Part shown: in pieces, positions 54,760 to 60,826 of the stretch
Position numbering within the stretch: position 1 is the first letter of the stretch
Layout: each line of letters starts with the position of its first letter
Source: a virus
Lineage: Duplodnaviria > Caudoviricetes
Strand: one strand, 5' to 3'
Virus record (IMG/VR): IMGVR_UViG_3300037670_000034
Coordinates: 1 to 60,826 of that record
DNA length: 60,826 nt
Program-made: the position numbers and the translations under genes
Notes under the pieces: generated by a model
Seen by the model: the letters and a program-made list of their open reading frames with translations, nothing else
What the model was told of the DNA's origin: nothing
Databases searched by the model: none

Positions 54760-56327
54760 TCACCTACGGCTCAATCTGCAGCGGCATCGAGGCTGCCAGC
54801 GTCGCCTGGCATCCGCTGGGCTGGCGGGCGGAATGGTTCGCAGAGATCGAGCCGTTCCCGTCTGCGGTGCTCGCGTACCGCTGGCCCGAGGTTTCCAACC
54901 TGGGCGACATGACCAAGCTAGCCCGCCAGGTACTGGCCGGCACCATCACCGCGCCGGATGTGCTGGTGGGCGGCACGCCCTGCCAGGCGTTCTCTGTCGC
55001 CGGCATGCGCGCCGGCCTCGACGACCCGCGCGGCCAACTCACCATCAAATATGTGGAGCTTGCAGATGCAGTTGACCATGTTCGACCAGCAGGCGACGAG
55101 TGCGTCATCGTCTGGGAAAACGTCCCCGGTGTGCTCTCCGACAAAGGCAATGCGTTCGGCTGCTTCCTCGGCGCCCTGGTGGGCGAATCCGATGCGCTCC
55201 AGCCGTCAGGGGGAAAATGGACGGACGCTGGTTGTGTGTATGGCCCCCGCCGAGCAGCCGCATGGCGGGTGCTGGATGCCCAATATTTCGGCCTGGCCCA
55301 ACGACGCCGCCGTGTGTTCGTTGTCGCAAGTGCTCGAGCAGGTTTCGATCCCGCAGCGGTACTTTTTGAGTCCGAAGGCATGCGCCGGGATCATCCGCCG
55401 CGCCGAGGCGAGGGGGAAAACCCTACCGGCACAATTGCTGGCGGCGCTCGCCGAAACGGCGGATACAGCACCGACGATATCCCGCTGACCGCAGTTTCGC
55501 TCAGGGCTCAAGCGCAGTGCAGCCACCGCGAAGACTCGGAGACGTTTATCCCGGTAGCCTTTGGTGGCAACAACACCAGCGGCCCAATCGACATAGCGCC
55601 AGCCCGCAACGCATGCGGCAGCGGCAGCGGCAGGATGGACTTCGAGAGCGAGGCGTTTATCGTCTCGGGCACCCTGCAAGCCAACGGCAAAGCCGCCGGC
55701 AGCGCCACCCAGCAGGATGCGGAAAGCGGCCTGCTGGTAGTGCACGGCACGCAAGATCCATGCGTCGATGAACATATTGCCCATGCTCTTGGCCGAAACC
55801 ATGGCCAGGAAAACGCAGTCCTGGCCTTCGCAGAAAACAGCCGCGCAGAGGTTCGCTTAGAGAATGGTGACGGTCAGATAGTCGGAGCGCTGTCCACTGG
55901 CGGTGGCAAGGCCGGCCAAGGCACTCCATGCATCGCCTTCAGCTGCAAGGACTACGGCAACGACGCGACCAGCGAACTATCGCCAACCCTGCGTGCCATG
56001 GGCCACGGCGAAAGTCACGCCAATGCTGGTGGCCAGGTTGCCGTAGTGGCTCCGACCCTGCGCGCCGGCAATCCGCGGAACAACAGCAACCCTGTGACAG
56101 AGGCAGACATGCTAGTCGCTGCCGCTGGCGTGCGCCGCTTGACTCCGCGCGAGTGCGAGAGCCTGCAGGGCTTCCCTGACGACTACACCCTGATCCCCTG
56201 GCGCGGAAAACCTGCCGAGGAATGCCCGGACGGCCCGCGTTACAAAGCGATCGGCAACAGCAAGGCGGTACCGGTTGTTCGCTGGATCGGCCGGCGCATT
56301 CAGCGCGAGCTGGAGCGTGCCCAATGA
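54756..56327 (+). CDS. C5 cytosine DNA methyltransferase with a long variable region
   Basis: CSGIE, GGTPCQ, WENVPG, QRRRRVF, RRLTPREC..QGFPD, IGNS. Confidence 0.92.
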   Translation: MITYGSICSGIEAASVAWHPLGWRAEWFAEIEPFPSAVLAYRWPEVSNLGDMTKLARQVLAGTITAPDVLVGGTPCQAFSVAGMRAGLDDPRGQLTIKYVELADAVDHVRPAGDECVIVWENVPGVLSDKGNAFGCFLGALVGESDALQPSGGKWTDAGCVYGPRRAAAWRVLDAQYFGLAQRRRRVFVVASARAGFDPAAVLFESEGMRRDHPPRRGEGENPTGTIAGGARRNGGYSTDDIPLTAVSLRAQAQCSHREDSETFIPVAFGGNNTSGPIDIAPARNACGSGSGRMDFESEAFIVSGTLQANGKAAGSATQQDAESGLLVVHGTQDPCVDEHIAHALGRNHGQENAVLAFAENSRAEVRLENGDGQIVGALSTGGGKAGQGTPCIAFSCKDYGNDATSELSPTLRAMGHGESHANAGGQVAVVAPTLRAGNPRNNSNPVTEADMLVAAAGVRRLTPRECESLQGFPDDYTLIPWRGKPAEECPDGPRYKAIGNSKAVPVVRWIGRRIQRELERAQ

Positions 56328-56791
56328 GCCGCCGCAAGCCCAACAACCAGCGCGCCCGGCTGGAGCGATCCTGCCGGGCCATCCTGAGCAGCAACCACGT
56401 TGCAGTGGTGAGCATCAGCCCGAGCGGCTGGCAGGGCATGGTCAACTGGAAGTTGGCCAAACGCATTCCGCCCGGGCGCCAGGTGGCCAATGCCCTCTGC
56501 GATATCCCGCATCGCTGGACGATCTACGTTGCCGGCCTGTGCGTGGATTGGTCTGGCAATCGGTACATGAAGAGCATCGAGGCCATGCCCGATGGCAACT
56601 ATCTGGCCGCACACCTGACGGACGTGATCGAAACCTGCGTGCTCGACCAGCGCGCCACCTGCAACCCGCGTGACCTGATCGGCTCTGGCTGGATCGCCAT
56701 TCCTGCCCAGGTATCCCTGACCGAAGAACAGGCCTACCGCATATTCGATCTGGTCGGTGCCTGGAATCAGGTTCAGCAGGTGAGCGCATGA
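56324..56791 (+). CDS. Hypothetical phage protein
   Basis: MSRRKPNN..GSGWIAIP, coupled. Confidence 0.7.
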   Translation: MSRRKPNNQRARLERSCRAILSSNHVAVVSISPSGWQGMVNWKLAKRIPPGRQVANALCDIPHRWTIYVAGLCVDWSGNRYMKSIEAMPDGNYLAAHLTDVIETCVLDQRATCNPRDLIGSGWIAIPAQVSLTEEQAYRIFDLVGAWNQVQQVSA

Positions 56792-56946
56792 ACGCCCCTA
56801 TCTACTGCCGCACCACTGGCCTTCGGGTCGGTGTGTGCACCTGCCTGCGCTGTATCAGCCCAAAACCTGAAACCAACCTGGCCGGACTTCCCTGCCCGAT
56901 GCCGCCGGCCAGGCCAGACAACGATTATCCCACACCTGTGAGGTGA
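56788..56946 (+). CDS. Small Cys-rich protein
   Basis: IYCRTTG..CTCLRC, ATGA-coupled. Confidence 0.5.
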   Translation: MNAPIYCRTTGLRVGVCTCLRCISPKPETNLAGLPCPMPPARPDNDYPTPVR

Positions 56947-56949
56947 GCC

Positions 56950-58380
56950 ATGAACGAAGCAATGGAACCCATCGACCCAATCCATTCCGCGATGATGCTC
57001 GGCATGACGCCAGAGCCGTGCGAGCCGATCATCGAAATCACTCGCCAGGCCGTGACCAAGCTGCTCGACGTTGTCGAGTTCGGCGATCAGCTGGAGCGCG
57101 TCGAGAAAGATCGCCTGGTCGCATTCGTGAAAGAGCTGCTGGCCGAGCCTCAGCCAGAACTGTGGGCGATGCACAGCGTAGGCCCCAACGAAGTGCACCC
57201 AATGATCTCGAAGGAGGAAGCCGAGCGCCAGGCTTCCGAACTGATCGCCCTGTGCAAGCAACAGTTTCCCGAAGTACCCATCACCGTGAACGTGATCCCC
57301 TCGCCGTACTCTCCGTTCGAGCATTTCGAAATTCTGGCGGAAGAGCTGACCGAGCAAGTGGCCAGCCTGCGCGAGGCGCTCGACAAGAAGAACGCCGAAG
57401 CCGCAGCACCTGCAGTTGTAAACCAGCAGGTTACTACTGCCGCCATTGCGCCTGATGCACTGGAGCAAGCCAGGCGCCACCTGTCCAACGCCATCGAGGA
57501 CGCCGAGGACGGCAAGACCGCCGCCGCACTGCCGGCGTTGCGTGAGGCCGCGCACTTCCTTGCACAGGCCGCCGCATCAACCGTCAAGGATTCCTTGTCA
57601 GTTGCCGCAGGCGTCGAGGCTGAGCAGCCTGACATGGCCGAAGCCTACGTTGGAGCACGCGAGGATCTGGCCATCTGGAAGCGTCGCGCGCTGGAAGCTG
57701 AGCAGAAGGCTCGGCGTCAAGAACAGATCATCGACCATCTGACGCTTGAGGCGCAGGGCGAAACTCGATTCGGCGAACCATCAATGCCGTCCGCTCAACC
57801 GGTGGCCGTGATCGAATACGCCGGCTATGACCCTGCGAATTCGATTAAGTGGCTGAACAAGGGGCTGCAGTACATGGAGCCAGGGACGCTTCTGTACGCG
57901 CAAGCCCCCTCCCTGCCGGCTGCTGGATCGGCTGTGGAAGAGGTGGAGGTGGTTGGTTACAGATTCTTCCACGTAGACCACGGGTACATTTTCCGGCGCA
58001 CGCATATTTACGAGGGGAATCCGAGCCTTGAGGCGCACAGCCTAATGACCGTCGCCCAGCATCGCCGAATCCTCGATGCGCTGATCAACACCCCGCACAC
58101 CGACGAATGGTTTGATGCCGTTCGCCTGGAAGCCGCTCACCAGATCCAGCGCTGGGGGACCGACCACGACGCGGGCAAACAGCCGGCCGACTGGTTCTGG
58201 CTGCTCGGCTATCTGGGCCAGAAAGCCATGACCGCTCAGATAGCAGGCGACGAACAGAAGGCCAAACACCACACCATCAGCTCCGGCGCGATGTTGCTCA
58301 ACTGGTTCCGCGCCATGGTCGGCGACACCAACGCCATGCGCCCGGGCATTGCGCTAGCACAGCAGGAGCAGCAGCCATGA
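56950..58380 (+). CDS. Mosaic hypothetical protein; C-terminus possibly MazG-like
   Basis: 476 aa; HQIQRWGTDHD..DWFWLLGYL. Confidence 0.6.
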   Translation: MNEAMEPIDPIHSAMMLGMTPEPCEPIIEITRQAVTKLLDVVEFGDQLERVEKDRLVAFVKELLAEPQPELWAMHSVGPNEVHPMISKEEAERQASELIALCKQQFPEVPITVNVIPSPYSPFEHFEILAEELTEQVASLREALDKKNAEAAAPAVVNQQVTTAAIAPDALEQARRHLSNAIEDAEDGKTAAALPALREAAHFLAQAAASTVKDSLSVAAGVEAEQPDMAEAYVGAREDLAIWKRRALEAEQKARRQEQIIDHLTLEAQGETRFGEPSMPSAQPVAVIEYAGYDPANSIKWLNKGLQYMEPGTLLYAQAPSLPAAGSAVEEVEVVGYRFFHVDHGYIFRRTHIYEGNPSLEAHSLMTVAQHRRILDALINTPHTDEWFDAVRLEAAHQIQRWGTDHDAGKQPADWFWLLGYLGQKAMTAQIAGDEQKAKHHTISSGAMLLNWFRAMVGDTNAMRPGIALAQQEQQP

Positions 58381-58940
58381 TCGTCGACGACGTAATGACC
58401 GACAAAATCACCCTGCACGGGCTCGGCTTTGTGCAGGTTCAGCTACCGGCCGACCAGCGCCTGCACGTCTGGCACCCTGAACTGCCCCGACGCCACTGCT
58501 TCGAGCACTCGGCCATCCACAACCATCGTTTCTCGTTCTCATCCCGTGTGCTCGTCGGCGAGCAGATCAATATCGAGTTCGACGCCACCAAGCTAGGCGA
58601 CCCGACCCACGTCCTTTACCTGCACGAAGGACCGCGCACTGCGCGCGGTGGGCGTCCATGGGTTCCGGACGGGGAAGCTCGGATGATCGAGAAGTGGCGC
58701 AGTTCCTGCCACCCCGGCTGCACCTACAACATGCGCGCGTATGACTTCCATAGAACCGAGCCTGGCGGCGACGGCAAGGTGGCCACCGTCATGACCAAGA
58801 CCTTCGAAGGCCAGCAAGGCGCGCACTCCACCTGCCTTATCGGCATCGACCCTGATGGCGACTTCGATCGCTACCAGTGGTCGCCGGCGCAACTGTGGGA
58901 AATCGTCAGCGATGTTCTGACCGGGAGCAAGCGGCCATGA
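58377..58940 (+). CDS. Cupin/double-stranded beta-helix-like protein
   Basis: RLHVWHP..IHNHRFSFSSRVLVG..FHRT. Confidence 0.6.
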   Translation: MIVDDVMTDKITLHGLGFVQVQLPADQRLHVWHPELPRRHCFEHSAIHNHRFSFSSRVLVGEQINIEFDATKLGDPTHVLYLHEGPRTARGGRPWVPDGEARMIEKWRSSCHPGCTYNMRAYDFHRTEPGGDGKVATVMTKTFEGQQGAHSTCLIGIDPDGDFDRYQWSPAQLWEIVSDVLTGSKRP

Positions 58941-59344
58941 CCAAGAAACTGCGCTGCTACTTCGCCGGCCATCGGTACCCGGACGAATACCCCTATGTCG
59001 AGGCGTGCTTTGCGTATAGCCACAAAGAGGCAAAGCCCCTGCTGTGGCGCGACGGATCAGAGATCAAGGCCGTCTGCGACGGCGAGTATTTCGACATGTC
59101 GGTGAAGCACCAGCCCGAGCACGACAGCCTCGCTGAGAAATATGGGATCAACAGCCCCCGCGTTATCGGTGACGACAAGCTGCTGCGTGAAATGGGCTGG
59201 AGCATCGAGGGCGATTCACGCTGCGCCAACTGCAACCTTGCCGAGTACGACGGTGAATACCCGCTCTGCGAGCACTGCGACCAGTGCGAGGAATGCGGCC
59301 ATCCCCACGACTGCCCGGAGCACGGCAAGGCTGGTGGCGAATGA
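58937..59344 (+). CDS. Cys-rich hypothetical protein
   Basis: Three CxxC motifs. Confidence 0.6.
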   Translation: MTKKLRCYFAGHRYPDEYPYVEACFAYSHKEAKPLLWRDGSEIKAVCDGEYFDMSVKHQPEHDSLAEKYGINSPRVIGDDKLLREMGWSIEGDSRCANCNLAEYDGEYPLCEHCDQCEECGHPHDCPEHGKAGGE

Positions 59345-59631
59345 GCACCCTGCACCTGCCAATGAAAGGCGAGTACTTCGACCAGATCAAAGCCGGCACC
59401 AAGCCCGAAGAGTTCAGGCTGGCCAACGACTACTGGCGCAAGCGCCTGGTAGGCCGCACCTACGACCGTATCGAGCTGACCCGCGGCTATCCGAAGCGCG
59501 ACGACGCCGACCGGCGCCTGGCACTGCCCTGGCGCGGGTACCGCCTGACCACCATCACCCATCCGCATTTCGGCGACCAGCCTGTCGAGGTGTTCGCCAT
59601 CAACGTGTCACAGGAGGCTGTCAGCGCATGA
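59341..59631 (+). CDS. ASCH-domain protein
   Basis: YFDQIKAGTKPEEFR..YWRKRL. Confidence 0.8.
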   Translation: MSTLHLPMKGEYFDQIKAGTKPEEFRLANDYWRKRLVGRTYDRIELTRGYPKRDDADRRLALPWRGYRLTTITHPHFGDQPVEVFAINVSQEAVSA

Positions 59632-60254
59632 AAATCGAAACCACCCAGGTGACCAAGCTCCTGATCAGCGACCTGATGGGTGAGCCGTACAAGCTCGACC
59701 CGGTGACCGTATTCATCGAAGACCTTGGGGTGCGCGCCGAGAACGAAGGCCGCAAGACACGCCAAGGCAAGATCACTATCGAATGCTACGGCGAGTCCTG
59801 GGCGACGTACTGGGGCAGCATGGGCGACCGTACTGTGGCGCAGTTCGTGGTCGACGAGAGCGTCGACTATGTCGTGGGCTGCCTGCGGCGAGGGGTAGGC
59901 CTGGAGCCTACGGTTTTCTCAGGCGAGGCGCTGGCGAAAGCCGTGCGCAAGATAGCCATTGACTGTCGCCGAGGGCGTGAAACCTGGCGCTACGAATGCG
60001 GCCACCTTGACCAAGACGAGGCGCGGCGCATTTACGACGACGCGGAATGCCTGCAGCAGTTCGAAAGTCCCGAGTCGCTGATGCACAGCCGCGAGGCTGA
60101 CGAAGTGCTGACAGCCCTGTTCGGTTGCGAATGGCATTACGCGGTATCTGATCATGCCTTTGCGCCTAACCCTCGCTACGAATACCTGACTCGCGTCGTC
60201 TCCGCTGTTCGTGACGCATTGCAGGGGCTAGAGCAGAAAAAGGAGGCCGCATGA
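59628..60254 (+). CDS. Hypothetical phage protein
   Basis: LDPVTVFIED..GKITIECYGESWATYWGSMG. Confidence 0.7.
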   Translation: MKIETTQVTKLLISDLMGEPYKLDPVTVFIEDLGVRAENEGRKTRQGKITIECYGESWATYWGSMGDRTVAQFVVDESVDYVVGCLRRGVGLEPTVFSGEALAKAVRKIAIDCRRGRETWRYECGHLDQDEARRIYDDAECLQQFESPESLMHSREADEVLTALFGCEWHYAVSDHAFAPNPRYEYLTRVVSAVRDALQGLEQKKEAA

Positions 60255-60826
60255 ACCATCAGCCCAAAGCCGGCCGCTGCCGCGCCTGCGCCAAGCTCTG
60301 GGAGGACTGCAGCGCGCTGCCCTTCCACACTATGCCGATTCACAGCCAGGACGGTACCGACGCGGTGGTGATCTGCAGCGAGTACGTCAAGGGCGCCAAT
60401 GTGGTGCCCTCGGCGACACCCGCAACTGCACCGCAGCGGATCTACCTGAGCGGGCCGATGACAGGCCTCCCCGGCTACAACTATCCCGCATTCAATGCCG
60501 AAGCCACTCGCCTACGCGCGCTCGGCTACCACGTCGAGAACCCCGCCGAGAACCCGCCCCAGGATAGCTGGGATGACTACATGGCCGTTTGCATCCCGCA
60601 GATGGGTACCTGCGACACGATCGCCCTGCTACCCGGCTGGTCGGAGTCGCGCGGCGCCCTGCGGGAACGGCAGGAGGCGGTAAAGCTCAGCATGACGATC
60701 ACACCAGCGGCGAAGATCATCGCCAGGAGAGTGCACCATGAGCATGTCCCAGTCCCATGCAGTGAAACTGATCAACGCCCAGGCGGCCGGCATCACGTTG
60801 GCGCGAGCGGTCGAGCTTCTGGATGA
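60251..60826 (+). CDS. DUF4406 (nucleoside deoxyribosyltransferase-like) protein with a Cys-rich N-terminus
   Basis: RIYLSGPMTGLP.YNYPAF..NPAEN..LPGWSESRGA..E. Confidence 0.8.
   Translation: MNHQPKAGRCRACAKLWEDCSALPFHTMPIHSQDGTDAVVICSEYVKGANVVPSATPATAPQRIYLSGPMTGLPGYNYPAFNAEATRLRALGYHVENPAENPPQDSWDDYMAVCIPQMGTCDTIALLPGWSESRGALRERQEAVKLSMTITPAAKIIARRVHHEHVPVPCSETDQRPGGRHHVGASGRASG

Larger units (their letters stand above)
1..60826. mobile_element. Temperate phage/prophage, near complete, podovirus-like virion module
   Basis: Integrase, cI/cro, replication, nin, lysis, terminase, portal and capsid genes in lambdoid modular order. No att sites are visible; the window starts at the integrase ATG. 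Confidence 0.95.

Noticed and set aside
1-60826. attL/attR, tRNA genes, reverse transcriptase/DGR
   Set aside because: None recognised by eye; att sites probably lie outside the window.

Overview
The window is an essentially complete ~61 kb temperate phage/prophage, probably from a Pseudomonas-like host (inferred from high GC and gene content). It carries a P4-type tyrosine integrase, a giant polyvalent protein and a P22 immI-like arc/mnt/antirepressor island. The virion module is podovirus-like, with an N4-gp56-type capsid. Lysis, nin and replication genes, a cI/cro switch and a long early operon follow. The main finding is in the early operon at 47925-49299. Three tandem non-coding units of phased GGC-NN pentamers each end in GGCAAGGGC and are separated by conserved covarying hairpins. 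They lie directly upstream of a stand-alone Cas7/RAMP-like gene and a translationally coupled accessory gene. This looks like a compact phage-encoded RNA-guided system whose specificity lies in the variable dinucleotides, not in CRISPR spacers. It resembles what I recall being reported as VIPR; that recollection needs checking. Secondary findings: nine copies of a phage-specific late-promoter motif (TTG-N13-GTGACA-TAnnnn), two of which form a perfect 60-bp palindrome; a 33/38-identical second copy of the putative origin iteron cluster 8.5 kb from the replication gene; and a structured ~230-nt capsid leader. All family assignments come from motif recognition by eye; no searches were run.
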